Positions 42,453-51,916 of a stretch of 64,000 nt of DNA are shown piece by piece; position 1 is the stretch's first letter, and each line of letters starts with the position of its first letter. The stretch spans positions 4,160,001 through 4,224,000 of the forward strand of contig OZ253470.1 of assembly GCA_965261735.1 (NCBI GenBank), written 5' to 3'. The notes beneath the pieces are model-generated. The model was not told where the DNA came from. It saw only the letters and a list, made by a program, of their open reading frames with translations, and did not search any database. This stretch comes from Alphaproteobacteria bacterium (lineage in GTDB: Bacteria; Pseudomonadota; Alphaproteobacteria; SHVV01). The translations under genes and the position numbers were made by a program.

Positions 42453-42528
42453 CGCTTCCCGCCGTTCAGGGCTGTACTGGCAATAGGATCGGGCAAACGC
42501 CCGAGTCCCCCCTTTTGACCCGGCTGCG

Positions 42529-43227
42529 TTACTGCAGCGTCTTCATGTAGCTCCATATATCATCGTACATGAGGAACATCATATCAACCGTCTTGCCGAC
42601 GGTCTTCAACACGAGTTCGAGTTCCGCCTGGCCGCGAGCGAAATCGTGGAGGAGTTCGCGCCCGGCGTCGGAGTGGTCCTCGTCGGCCTTGTCGTGGACG
42701 TACCAGTAGGCCAGCCCCTCGTCGTCGAGGCCGAATTTCTCGCGCAGCTTGTCGGCAATACGCCCGTAGAGGCCTGGTATCTGGGCCTCGCCCGCGAGCA
42801 TGTGGGCGGATACGCCCTCGAGAAAGCTGCGCCCGCAGATGTCGCTGAAATAGGCCTTGAACGCGAGCGCGCCGGCGCAGTAATCCGTCCCGTACATGTC
42901 CTCGCGATCAAGGCCGAGGGCCTTGCCGTAGGCGAGGTAGAGCTTGTGGTGCGAAACCCCGTTGGCGAAGAGGCGCCCGGTCGCCTCCTCATAGGAAACT
43001 TCGGCAATGCGCTCGCGCCATTCCGGGTCCGGGCACACGACGTAGAGCCGGCCGTGATAGTTGTGATTGTGCAAGGTGATGATGCTGTGCTGGCGGCAGA
43101 AATACCGCACCTGCTCAAGATTGTGGGTGCCCGTGACCATGCCGCTCCACAGTGGATGGTCGTAGTTGGACCTTTGCTTGTGCAATTGCGCGATCAGTTC
43201 GAGCACGCGGTCTGCAGAAAGGCTCAT
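42529..43227 (-). CDS. heme-oxygenase-like dimetal protein (CADD/PqqC/TenA fold), paralog 5
   Basis: HPLW, HNHNYH, EE.TG..SH..LY, E(AQ), VH..ADEDH ligand pattern. Confidence 0.85.
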   Translation of the reverse strand: MSLSADRVLELIAQLHKQRSNYDHPLWSGMVTGTHNLEQVRYFCRQHSIITLHNHNYHGRLYVVCPDPEWRERIAEVSYEEATGRLFANGVSHHKLYLAYGKALGLDREDMYGTDYCAGALAFKAYFSDICGRSFLEGVSAHMLAGEAQIPGLYGRIADKLREKFGLDDEGLAYWYVHDKADEDHSDAGRELLHDFARGQAELELVLKTVGKTVDMMFLMYDDIWSYMKTLQ

Positions 43228-43274
43228 GTCGGGACTCCACCGCCTGGGGCGCGCTTGCGCGATCGAGGCCGGCG

Positions 43275-43973
43275 TCAGTGGATGGCTTGAACCCGGCGAT
43301 AGATGTCGTAGTACATGAGCAGCATCATGTCGAGCGTCTGATCCACCGTGCGCAAGACGAGACGGAAATCATCGTCGCCCTTGGCGAACTCCTGGAGCAG
43401 CTCGCGACCGATGTTGGAGTGGTCCTCGTCCGCCGTCTGATGGACGCTGAAGAACAGCAAGTCCTCATCGGTCAGGCCGTAGTGATTGCGGAGCGCGTCG
43501 GCGCGGCGGCTGCCGTGACCCGGGACCGGCGCTTCGCCGGCGAGCATGTGGGCCGAAACGCCTTCCATGAAATTGCGGCCGCACACGTCGCTGAAATACG
43601 CCTTGAAGGCGAGCGCACCGGCGCAGTAGTCGGTGTTGAACATCTCCTCGCGGCTGATGCCGAGAGCCTCGCCGTAGCGCAGATAGAGCTCGTTGTGCGA
43701 GATGCCGCCCGCGTGGAGGCGGCCGGTGCCTTCCTCGTAACACACCTCCGCGATGCGGGCCCGCCACTTCGGGTCGGGACAGGAGATGTAGAGCCGGCCA
43801 TGGTAGTTGTGGTTGTGCAGCGGAATGATCCCGTTCTGCCTGACCAGCTCTTTGAGCTGCTCCTTGCTCAGCTTGCCGTCCTCCATGTCCAACCACACGG
43901 GGCAGCCGAACAGCGGCTTGCGCTTGTGAATCTCGCCGATCTCCTCGAGCACGCTGTCGACCGTGAGTGCCAT
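43275..43973 (-). CDS. heme-oxygenase-like dimetal protein, paralog 4
   Basis: HNHNYH, EEGTG, SHNELY, AGEA, VHQTADEDH. Confidence 0.85.
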   Translation of the reverse strand: MALTVDSVLEEIGEIHKRKPLFGCPVWLDMEDGKLSKEQLKELVRQNGIIPLHNHNYHGRLYISCPDPKWRARIAEVCYEEGTGRLHAGGISHNELYLRYGEALGISREEMFNTDYCAGALAFKAYFSDVCGRNFMEGVSAHMLAGEAPVPGHGSRRADALRNHYGLTDEDLLFFSVHQTADEDHSNIGRELLQEFAKGDDDFRLVLRTVDQTLDMMLLMYYDIYRRVQAIH

Positions 43974-44020
43974 GTCGTCCTCCTGTCTTGGGGCCGCCGC
44001 GCCCGACCGTTTCCGGCCCG

Positions 44021-45520
44021 TCAGCCCGACCCCCGACCACTGCTTGCCGCGCGACCCGCGGCCGTTCCCGCGATCTTACCAAACACCGCGCCCGAGGTCA
44101 GGCCGGTGCCGCCGGGATAGTTGAAATAGAAGAGGCCGCCGACCATCTCGCCCGCCGCGTAGAGGCCGGGCATGGGCTTGCCATCGGTATCGATGACCTG
44201 CGCGTCGTTACCGACCCGGACTCCGCCGAAGGTAAAGGTGATGCCGCACCCGACGCCGTACGCCTCGAAGGGGGGCGTATCGAGGGCGTTGGCCCAGTTT
44301 GATTTCGCGATGTCGAGGCCAGCGGTCCCGCGGCCATCCTTGATTGTCGGGTTGAACGGCACGTCCTCGGCGACCGCGGCGTTGAATGCCGCCACCGTCT
44401 CCAGAAACCGCCCCGCATCGACGCCTTCGAGCTTGGTGGCCAGCTCTTCCAGCGTGTCGGCCTTGGCACGGGTTACCTGGCGTATCCTGTACTCGTCCCT
44501 AAGGAGATGGGTCACGCGCGAATCGAAGACCTGCCACGCGAACTGGCCCGGCTGTTCGAGGATCGCGCGACCGTACTTGGCGTAGGTGTAGTTGCGAAAG
44601 TCGGCACCCTCGTCGACGAAACGCCGGCCTTCGGCGTTGACCATGATGCCGAAGGGATAGCTGTGTTTCTGAAAGCCGTCGCCGACCGCAAGATCGCCGA
44701 ATTCCGGGGCGTTCATGTCCCACCCTACCGAATGGCAGCCCGACCAGTTGCCGTAGGGCATGGCCCCGGCCTCGAGCGCCATGCGCAGGCCGTCTCCGGT
44801 GTTGAACCGCGTCCCGCGTACCCGGGCGAGCTCCCAGCCGGGGCCGAGATAGCGTGTGCGCCATTCGGTGTTGGCCTCGAAGCCGCCGCACGACAGAACC
44901 ACCGCCTTGGCCTCGAGGTCCTGGGTCGTGCTCTCGCTGCGCAGGCGCACGCCGTGGACGCCGCCATCGTTGCACAGCAGGGCCTGCGCCCGTCCTTCAT
45001 ACAAGATGCGAATGCCGCGCTTTTCAGCCTGCGCGTAGAGGGCCTCGATGAGCCCCGGGCCGCCACCCCACGCCTCGACGGTGAGGCCGCCCCAGAACTT
45101 GAAGCGACCGTCCACCTTGAACGCCTGGCGCCCATACATCGGCGCGAATCGCACGCCGTTTGCGCGCATCCATTTCAGGGTCGAGAGACTTCGCGTGACC
45201 AGCAGTTCGGTGAGATCGGGATCGCACCGGAATTGCGTCACCCTCGACATGTCGTCGTAATACTGGTCGCTGGTGTAGGCGCCGAAGTCCGAGTTCTTCT
45301 GCTCCTCCTCGGAGAGATCGGGCATCAGCGCGAGCAGGTCCTCCACCCCCTCGTAGACGACCCGCATCGCGCCGGCGGTGAACCGGCTGTTACCGCCGCG
45401 CTCCTCTTCCGGCGCGCGCTCCAGCACAACCACCTCGGCGCCATGCTCGCGCGCAGCCAGGGCCGCGCAGAGGGCGGCGTTGCCGCCGCCAATGACCACG
45501 ACGTCGCAGGCTTGAGACAT
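44021..45520 (-). CDS. FAD-dependent dehydrogenase, TcuA/CobZ-like
   Basis: VIGGGNAALCAA, RGGNSRF, GGFEAN, NTGDG, ITFTFGG, YPGGTGLTSGAVFG. Confidence 0.88.
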   Translation of the reverse strand: MSQACDVVVIGGGNAALCAALAAREHGAEVVVLERAPEEERGGNSRFTAGAMRVVYEGVEDLLALMPDLSEEEQKNSDFGAYTSDQYYDDMSRVTQFRCDPDLTELLVTRSLSTLKWMRANGVRFAPMYGRQAFKVDGRFKFWGGLTVEAWGGGPGLIEALYAQAEKRGIRILYEGRAQALLCNDGGVHGVRLRSESTTQDLEAKAVVLSCGGFEANTEWRTRYLGPGWELARVRGTRFNTGDGLRMALEAGAMPYGNWSGCHSVGWDMNAPEFGDLAVGDGFQKHSYPFGIMVNAEGRRFVDEGADFRNYTYAKYGRAILEQPGQFAWQVFDSRVTHLLRDEYRIRQVTRAKADTLEELATKLEGVDAGRFLETVAAFNAAVAEDVPFNPTIKDGRGTAGLDIAKSNWANALDTPPFEAYGVGCGITFTFGGVRVGNDAQVIDTDGKPMPGLYAAGEMVGGLFYFNYPGGTGLTSGAVFGKIAGTAAGRAASSGRGSG

Positions 45521-45556
45521 GATGTGCTATGCGCCGGGGCGAGCGGCCGGCAGCGC

Positions 45557-46390
45557 CTACCGCGCGCGCTCGCGCTCGAGCGTGCGCCAGTGCGACAGCC
45601 TGCGTTCGATCCACCCCGTGACTTCCGTCAGCACGATGCCGATGAAGCCGATAATGACGATCGCAATGTAGAGTTCCGCCATGTAGAAGGCATCGCCCGA
45701 ATCGCGGATCATCCCCCCGAAACCGGTCGTCGCCGTGAAGAACTCGGCGACCACCATGCCGATGATCGCCAGGCCCACGCACAGGCGGACGCCGGCCATG
45801 ACGTAAGGAACCGCCCCCGGCAGCGTGATCTTGAAAAAGATCTGCGACTCGCTGGCACCGAACACTCGTCCGATGTCGAGCATGGCGCCCCGCGTGTCTT
45901 TAATTCCCGTGTAGGTATTGATGATTACGGGGAAGATGGCGATGGAGACGAGGATCACCACCTTGACCGTGGTCTCAAGGCCGAACCACATGATGAACAG
46001 AGGGATGAACGCGATACGCGGCATGACGTAGAACCCGTTGATGAACGGGTCCATCGTGTACTCGAAGAACCACCACTGGCCGATCATCACGCCGATGGCG
46101 ATGCCGCCGAAAATGGAAATCCCCAGGCCGATCAGGAAATGTTCCATGCTCTCGGCGAAGGCATTGCCCATCGCGCCCGTATTAAAGATGTCGACTCCGG
46201 CCCAAAACACGTCGATGGGGCCGACGAGGAACAACTGGTTGGCGTCCCTCGCGGAGATGTGCCAGAAGATGAAAAAAGCGATGACCGCGACGGTGCGGAC
46301 CGTGTTGGGGACCGAGCGGACGGCGGCCATAGCGCGGCCGAAATCGTTCTTTTCTCCGCGTCCGCGTGCGCTGATTTGTTGCACGGCCAT
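45557..46390 (-). CDS. ABC transporter permease (SsuC/TauC type), second copy
   Basis: MPRIAFIPL, FGASESQIFFKITLP, MVVAEFF. Confidence 0.93.
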   Translation of the reverse strand: MAVQQISARGRGEKNDFGRAMAAVRSVPNTVRTVAVIAFFIFWHISARDANQLFLVGPIDVFWAGVDIFNTGAMGNAFAESMEHFLIGLGISIFGGIAIGVMIGQWWFFEYTMDPFINGFYVMPRIAFIPLFIMWFGLETTVKVVILVSIAIFPVIINTYTGIKDTRGAMLDIGRVFGASESQIFFKITLPGAVPYVMAGVRLCVGLAIIGMVVAEFFTATTGFGGMIRDSGDAFYMAELYIAIVIIGFIGIVLTEVTGWIERRLSHWRTLERERAR

Positions 46391-46419
46391 CGGCGTAGCG
46401 TCGGGCTAGAGTCCGGCGT

Positions 46420-47124
46420 TCACTGGATCGCCTTAACCAGGCGATACATGTCGTCGTACATGAGGAGCATCATGTCGATCGTCTCCTCGACGGTCCTGAG
46501 AACGCGCCGTACGTCGTCGTCGGTCTTGGCAAACTGGCCCAAGAGCTCCTCGCCGATGCCGGAGTGGTCCTTGTCGGCCGTTTGGTGGACCGTGAAGAAG
46601 CGCACGTCCTCGTCCGACAGTCCGTAATACTTGCGCAGCGCATCGGCGCGGCGGCTGCCGTGGGCCGGGACCGGTCCCTCGGCCGCCAGCATGTGGGCCG
46701 AGACGCCCTCGAGAAAATCGCGTCCGCAAACATCGCTGAAGTACGCCTTGAACGCCAGCGCGCCGGCGCAGTAATCGGCGTTCCACATCTCGTCGCGGCT
46801 GATGCCGAGCGCCTCGCCGTAGCGCAGATACAGTTCGTTGTGCCCGACTCCGTCCGCGTAGAGGCGACCTGTGGCCTCTTCGTAGCATACCTCGACAATG
46901 CGGGCGCGCCATTGCGGGTCCGGGCAGACCACGTAGAGCCGCCCGTGGAAGTTGTGGTTGTACAGCGGAATGATGCCGTTCTGCTTGGCGAACGCCTTGA
47001 CTTGCTCCTTGCTCAGCTCGCCGTCGCACAACTCGGTCCACAGGGAGTGCCCGAAGCGCGGCTTGCGCCGGTGAATCGCCTCGATTTCCTCAAGCACGCT
47101 TTCGGCAGAAATCGTCATCGTCAA
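46420..47124 (-). CDS. heme-oxygenase-like dimetal protein, paralog 3
   Basis: YNHNFH variant, EEATG, GHNELY, AAEG, VHQTADKDH. Confidence 0.85.
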   Translation of the reverse strand: MTMTISAESVLEEIEAIHRRKPRFGHSLWTELCDGELSKEQVKAFAKQNGIIPLYNHNFHGRLYVVCPDPQWRARIVEVCYEEATGRLYADGVGHNELYLRYGEALGISRDEMWNADYCAGALAFKAYFSDVCGRDFLEGVSAHMLAAEGPVPAHGSRRADALRKYYGLSDEDVRFFTVHQTADKDHSGIGEELLGQFAKTDDDVRRVLRTVEETIDMMLLMYDDMYRLVKAIQ

Positions 47125-47153
47125 CCCCTCGAACGCTTGCGCAAAATGGAGAA

Positions 47154-47184
47154 GCGCGGACCGCCCGATGGTGGCGGTCCGCGC
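47154..47184 (-). other. intergenic GC stem-loop after SBP gene (mRNA stabiliser or attenuator)
   Basis: 12-bp stem GCGCGGACCGCC / GGCGGTCCGCGC. Confidence 0.6.
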
Positions 47185-47197
47185 CTTCCGGGCTGAG

Positions 47198-48214
47198 CTA
47201 GAACGAGCCCAGTTCCTTGATGATCGGCTCCACGATCGAGGTGTCGAGCACCTGGTCGGTAGAGATCGCTTTCTTCAGTACGCCGTATTCGAGGTACCTG
47301 CTGGCCGTGAAATCGGTGACCTCGTTGGGAACGCCGCCGTCGACGCCCCATACCGGAATCGCATTGAGCTGGCCGACGACCGTCTTGATGAGGGCGAGGT
47401 CGATGTCGGGCGTGCGTTTGTGCATCGCCGCCGCCGCCTCGTCGGGATGCTGGATGGCGTAACGCGCCCCCATGATCGAGCCCTTCATGAACTTGGTGAA
47501 GGCTTCGCGCTTGACCGGATCTTTCAGGTCTTCGGCCTTGACGGCAAGGTAGACATAACCCAGGGAGCCGAGTTCCTTGGCCACCGGGGTGATCCAGTTG
47601 ATCTGGTCACTCGCCCTGGAGGCGGTTAGGGTATTGACCAGCGTGAAGTCCGCCTTGCCCGAGAGCACCGCCGCGATGCGATCGGCGTGGCCGCCCACGG
47701 GAAGGTATTTGAGCCGCTTTTGGACATGGCCGTGTTTCTTCAGGATCATCGTCGTCATGTGGTTGATCATGCCGACGCCGCCGCCGCCGGCCAACGTCTT
47801 GCCGAGCAGGTCTGCGATCTTGGTGATCTTGCCTTTCTTGCTGCTGATCAACTGGTAGTCCACGCGCGGCTGCCACGAGCCGATGACCTTGATATCGGCG
47901 CCGCCGAGAATGCTAAGCATGGTCGTCGACGGGGCGAGAAGCGTGACGTCGCCGGTGCCCGAAACCATCGCGCGTATCGCGTTGGGGCTACTGGTCAGGT
48001 AAATGTCCTCGACCTCGAGGTCCATGTCCTTGAACCAGCCCTTGTCGGTGGCGATGTAGTAGGGGATGCCGTACGTCGTGGGCGCCGTCGAAAAGATCAT
48101 CTTGAGCTTGGACATCGCCGCACCGGCCGGGGTCGCGCCAGCGAGCACGGACGCCGCAGCGAAAACCGCCGCGATGAAGAGCGTGTGGCATGAGGCTAGC
48201 AATGATTTATTCAC
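47198..48214 (-). CDS. ABC substrate-binding protein (SsuA/NMT1-THI5 type), copy 2
   Basis: Signal peptide; PYYIA.DKGWFKD..LEVE, RIAAVLSGKAD, YAIQHPDEAA. Confidence 0.9.
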   Translation of the reverse strand: MNKSLLASCHTLFIAAVFAAASVLAGATPAGAAMSKLKMIFSTAPTTYGIPYYIATDKGWFKDMDLEVEDIYLTSSPNAIRAMVSGTGDVTLLAPSTTMLSILGGADIKVIGSWQPRVDYQLISSKKGKITKIADLLGKTLAGGGGVGMINHMTTMILKKHGHVQKRLKYLPVGGHADRIAAVLSGKADFTLVNTLTASRASDQINWITPVAKELGSLGYVYLAVKAEDLKDPVKREAFTKFMKGSIMGARYAIQHPDEAAAAMHKRTPDIDLALIKTVVGQLNAIPVWGVDGGVPNEVTDFTASRYLEYGVLKKAISTDQVLDTSIVEPIIKELGSF

Positions 48215-48445
48215 CGGTAATTCCTCCCATTTTGATTGTATGACATTCGTCTTGTTTGCATGACGTTGGTCGTTGCAATACCATCCCATACCATCTCTGC
48301 CTCGTCAACGCGCCGCAACCACAGCACATCCCCCCGCTCAGGCCGATTACGTTCGCAACCAAGCAGGCGAAAGCCGGAGCGCGGCTCGAATAGCCGTCGT
48401 CCAGCATCCCGGCGCCTGGGCCGGGCATCGAGCCAGCGCCGGCGG

Positions 48446-49150
48446 TTACTGAATCGCGGTAACCCGGCGGTACATGTCGTCGTACATGAGGAGCATCATG
48501 TCGATCGTCTCCTCGACCGTCCTGAGGACGCGCCGTACGTCGTCCTCGGTCTTGGCGAACTCGCCTAAGAGCTCCTTGCCGATGCTCGTGTGGTCCTCGT
48601 CGGCCGTTTGGTGGACGGTGAAGAAGCGCACGTCTTCGTCCGTCAGTCTGTAATACTTGCGCAGCGCATCGGCGCGGCGGCTGCCGTGGGCCGGGACCGG
48701 TCCTTCTGCCGCCAGCATGTGGGCCGAGACGCCCTCGAGAAAATCGCGGCCGCAAACGTCGCTGAAGTAGGCCTTGAACGCCAGGGCGCCGGCGCAGTAG
48801 TCGGCGTTCCACATCTCGTCGCGGCTGATGCCGAGCCCCTCGGCGAAACGCAGGTACAGCTCGTTGTGGGAGACGCCGTCCGCATAGAGGCGGCCGGTGC
48901 CCTCTTCGTAGCACACCTCGGCGATGCGCGCGCGCCACTTGGGGTCGGGGCAGACCACATAGAGACGGCCGTGATAGTTGTGGTTGTGAAGCGGAATGAT
49001 GCCGAGTTGGCGGACCGTTTCTCGGACCTGGTCCAAGCTCAACGCCCCGTCGCAAAACTCGGTCCAGAGTCGGTGGCCAAACAACGCCTTGCGCTCATGA
49101 ATGGCCTCGATCTCCCGGAGCACGCCTTCGGCGGCTATCGCCATCGCCAT
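48446..49150 (-). CDS. heme-oxygenase-like dimetal protein, paralog 2
   Basis: HNHNYH, EEGTG, SHNELY, AAEG, VHQTADEDH. Confidence 0.85.
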   Translation of the reverse strand: MAMAIAAEGVLREIEAIHERKALFGHRLWTEFCDGALSLDQVRETVRQLGIIPLHNHNYHGRLYVVCPDPKWRARIAEVCYEEGTGRLYADGVSHNELYLRFAEGLGISRDEMWNADYCAGALAFKAYFSDVCGRDFLEGVSAHMLAAEGPVPAHGSRRADALRKYYRLTDEDVRFFTVHQTADEDHTSIGKELLGEFAKTEDDVRRVLRTVEETIDMMLLMYDDMYRRVTAIQ

Positions 49151-49182
49151 CCTCCCCAACCCGTTCAAAAACTAAAGCGAAA

Positions 49183-49212
49183 CGCGGGCCGCCCACCGCC
49201 GGTCGGCCCGCG
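49183..49212 (-). other. intergenic GC stem-loop after SBP gene
   Basis: CGCGGGCCG / CGGCCCGCG; same position as the 47154 hairpin. Confidence 0.5.
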
Positions 49213-49226
49213 CCGTCCGGGCTAGT

Positions 49227-50240
49227 CTAGAAGCTGCCTAGCTCCTTGATGATCGGCTCGACGATCGAGGTGTCGAGCACCTGGTCGCGAGAGATCGCCT
49301 TCTTGAGTACGCCGTATTCGAGGTACTTCTCGGAGGTGAACTCGGTGACCTCGTTCGGAATGCCGCCATTGACGCCCCACACCGGAATGGAGTTGAGCAC
49401 GGCGACGACCTTTTTGATAAGGCCGAGGTCGACGTCGGGCGTGCGTTTGTGCAGCGCCGCTGCCGCCTCGTCCGGATGCTGTATGGCGTAGCGCGCCCCC
49501 ATGATCGAGCCCTTCATGAACTTGGCGAAGGCTTCGCGCTGGGCGGGATCTTTCAGATCGTCGCCCCTGACGGCAAGGTAGACGTAGCCCAGGCCGCCCA
49601 GTTGCTTGGCCACCGGCGTGATCCAGTTGATCTGCTCAGCCGCCATGGTCGCATGCAAGGTATTGACGAGCGAGTAGTCCGCCTTGCCCGCGATCACCGC
49701 CGCCAGCCGATCGGCGTGGCCGCCCACCGGGACGAATTCGACCTTGGGGTCGAAGCCGTTTTTCTTCAGGATCATCGACGTCATGTGGTTGAGCATGCTG
49801 ACGCCGCCGCCGCCGGCCATCTTCTTGCCAACGATGTCGCCAATCTTGGTGATATTCATATCCCGGTTGCCGACCAGCTGATAGTCCACCCGCGGCTGCC
49901 ATGAGCCGATGGCCTTGATGCCGCTGCCGCCCTGGATGCTCAGTATGGTCGTCGAGGGGCCGACCAGCACGACGTCGCCGCCGCCCGAAACCAGCGCGCG
50001 GACCGAGTTCGCGTCACCGATCAGGTGCAGGTCCTCGAGTTCCAGGTCCATGTCCTTGAACCAGCCTTTGTCGTGGGCGATGTAGTAGGGGATGCCGTAC
50101 GTCGTGGGCGGGGTCGGAAAGATGATTTTCAGCTTGGATGTTGCAGCTTCCGCCGGCGTGACGCCAGCTATCATGGCCGCCGCGGCTATTGTTGCCCCGA
50201 GGATCAGGGCGCGGCGTGAGAGTCTCAAAAGTTCGCTCAT
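49227..50240 (-). CDS. ABC substrate-binding protein (SsuA/NMT1-THI5 type), copy 1
   Basis: SRRALIL Tat-like signal; close paralog of 47198-48214. Confidence 0.9.
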   Translation of the reverse strand: MSELLRLSRRALILGATIAAAAMIAGVTPAEAATSKLKIIFPTPPTTYGIPYYIAHDKGWFKDMDLELEDLHLIGDANSVRALVSGGGDVVLVGPSTTILSIQGGSGIKAIGSWQPRVDYQLVGNRDMNITKIGDIVGKKMAGGGGVSMLNHMTSMILKKNGFDPKVEFVPVGGHADRLAAVIAGKADYSLVNTLHATMAAEQINWITPVAKQLGGLGYVYLAVRGDDLKDPAQREAFAKFMKGSIMGARYAIQHPDEAAAALHKRTPDVDLGLIKKVVAVLNSIPVWGVNGGIPNEVTEFTSEKYLEYGVLKKAISRDQVLDTSIVEPIIKELGSF

Positions 50241-50341
50241 GGTATTCCTCCCGGTTGTTATGCGACGAGCGTGTAGGCCGCAACATCCCACAGGGCCGGC
50301 GCCCCGTCAATGCACCGAAATACCGTCGAAAAACGGCGGTA

Positions 50342-51163
50342 TCAGCGGACGAAATCGGCGATCGTTTTGCTCACGAATTCGGGATGTTCGACGTGCGCAA
50401 GATGGCCGCACTCCTCGACGATGACGAGTTGCACGTCGGGGATGCGCCGGTAGCCCGCCTCGACGACATCGATGTCGGCGCGAATGTCCTGGCGCCCCGT
50501 CAGCACCAGCGTGGGCACCTTGATGTTCTCGGGAATTACGCGGGCGGCGTCGGAGTCGATGGTCGCCAACATGCCGTCGGCCAGGCGCTGGTAGGAGGTC
50601 AGCCGGTCGGGAATGGCGTACGACGTGAGCTGCGCCATGACGATGTCGCCCGGCACCACGGCCGGATCGTGGACAATGTTGCCGAGCCGCGCGCGGCAGG
50701 CCGCGAAGGTCGCTTCCTTCATCGCCTTAGAACCGTTCGCGTTGGCCGCCCTGAGTACCTCGGGGTCCATCGCGCCGGTTTCCGAGAACGGCGTCGCGAT
50801 GCCCATGAGGACGAGCTTCTCGACCTGCTGGGGGCGCTCGAAATACAGCAGTGGCGCAATAACGCCGCCCAACGAGTTGCCGACGACGCCGGCCCGCTCG
50901 ATCCCGAGGCAATCGAGAAAGCGAGCGAGATGCCGGGCCAAGTGGACTTGCGGTGGCACATCGCCGAAATCCTCGAAGTCGGTGAAACCGTGCCCCAACA
51001 GGTCGGGCGCATAGACGGCGAAGTCCCGGGCTAGAAGGTCGATCGTCTTCGACCACATGTCGGCGCACGAGCCGTAGCCGTGGACCAGCAGGAGCGCCGG
51101 CCCGTCGCCCTCGTGGTAGTACCGCGTATTGACCCCGTCGACGTCGATGAAGCTTATGCGCAT
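50342..51163 (-). CDS. alpha/beta hydrolase (MhpC/BphD-like)
   Basis: LLLVHG, PDLLGHG, GNSLGG, GRQD, CGHLAHVEHP. Confidence 0.9.
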   Translation of the reverse strand: MRISFIDVDGVNTRYYHEGDGPALLLVHGYGSCADMWSKTIDLLARDFAVYAPDLLGHGFTDFEDFGDVPPQVHLARHLARFLDCLGIERAGVVGNSLGGVIAPLLYFERPQQVEKLVLMGIATPFSETGAMDPEVLRAANANGSKAMKEATFAACRARLGNIVHDPAVVPGDIVMAQLTSYAIPDRLTSYQRLADGMLATIDSDAARVIPENIKVPTLVLTGRQDIRADIDVVEAGYRRIPDVQLVIVEECGHLAHVEHPEFVSKTIADFVR

Positions 51164-51187
51164 GGTTGGCCTCCCCGCCCCATGGCG

Positions 51188-51886
51188 CTAGTGGATCGCC
51201 TTGACGTGGCGATAGATGTCGTCGTTCATCAGAATCATGACGTCGAGCGTTTGTTCGACCGTCTTGAGCACCAAACGCAGGTCGTCCTCGGTGCGGGCGA
51301 ACTCGTCGAGTAGTTCGCGGCCGATGTTGGAGTGATCGGTGTCGGCCTCCACGTGGACCGTGAAGAACATCACGTCGTCCTGCGAGAGCCCGTAGTGCTC
51401 GCACAGGGCGTCGCCCCGGCTGCCGACATGCGCCGGCGCCGGCGCCTCTCCGGCCAGCATATGGGCTGAGACGCCCTCGAGAAAGCTGCGCCCGCAGATC
51501 TCGCTAAAGTAGGTCCTGAACCCGAGCGCACCGGCGCAATAGGGCGTGCTCCACATCACCTCGCGACTGATCCCGAGGGCTTCCCCGAAGCGCAAGTAAA
51601 GCTCGTTGTGCGAGAACCCATTCGCGTACAGGCGCCCCGTCCCTTCCTCGAAGCACACCTCGGCGATCCGAGCGCGCCATCTCGGATCGGGGCACACGAC
51701 GTAGAGCCGGCCGTGATAATTGTGGTTGTGCAGCGGGATGATGCCCTCCTGGCGGACCTCCTCCTTGAGCTGCTCGCGGCTGAGGCTGCCCTCCATGATG
51801 TCGTTGAAGAGCGCGTGCCCATAGAGCGGCTTGCGCCGATGGATCTCTTCGATTTCGGCTAACGTATCCTCGACTGTCAGGGCCAT
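51188..51886 (-). CDS. heme-oxygenase-like dimetal protein, paralog 1
   Basis: HNHNYH, EEGTG, SHNELY, AGEA, VHVEADTDH. Confidence 0.85.
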   Translation of the reverse strand: MALTVEDTLAEIEEIHRRKPLYGHALFNDIMEGSLSREQLKEEVRQEGIIPLHNHNYHGRLYVVCPDPRWRARIAEVCFEEGTGRLYANGFSHNELYLRFGEALGISREVMWSTPYCAGALGFRTYFSEICGRSFLEGVSAHMLAGEAPAPAHVGSRGDALCEHYGLSQDDVMFFTVHVEADTDHSNIGRELLDEFARTEDDLRLVLKTVEQTLDVMILMNDDIYRHVKAIH

Positions 51887-51916
51887 CGCCTCCTCCTTCA
51901 ATGGTTCCGCGCGCGC

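Noticed and set aside
48215-48445. RiPP precursor peptide for the HDOs in the longest internal spacer
   Set aside because: No short ORF with a convincing RBS or leader/core pattern; the transporter is an importer and no peptidase is present.
42529-51886. Calling the five paralogs TenA thiaminase II, PqqC or folate-pathway CADD
   Set aside because: The NMT1/THI5-like SBPs hint at thiamine salvage, but the proteins keep a full dimetal ligand set that TenA and PqqC lack, and no thi, pqq or fol genes are nearby. Only the fold is claimed.
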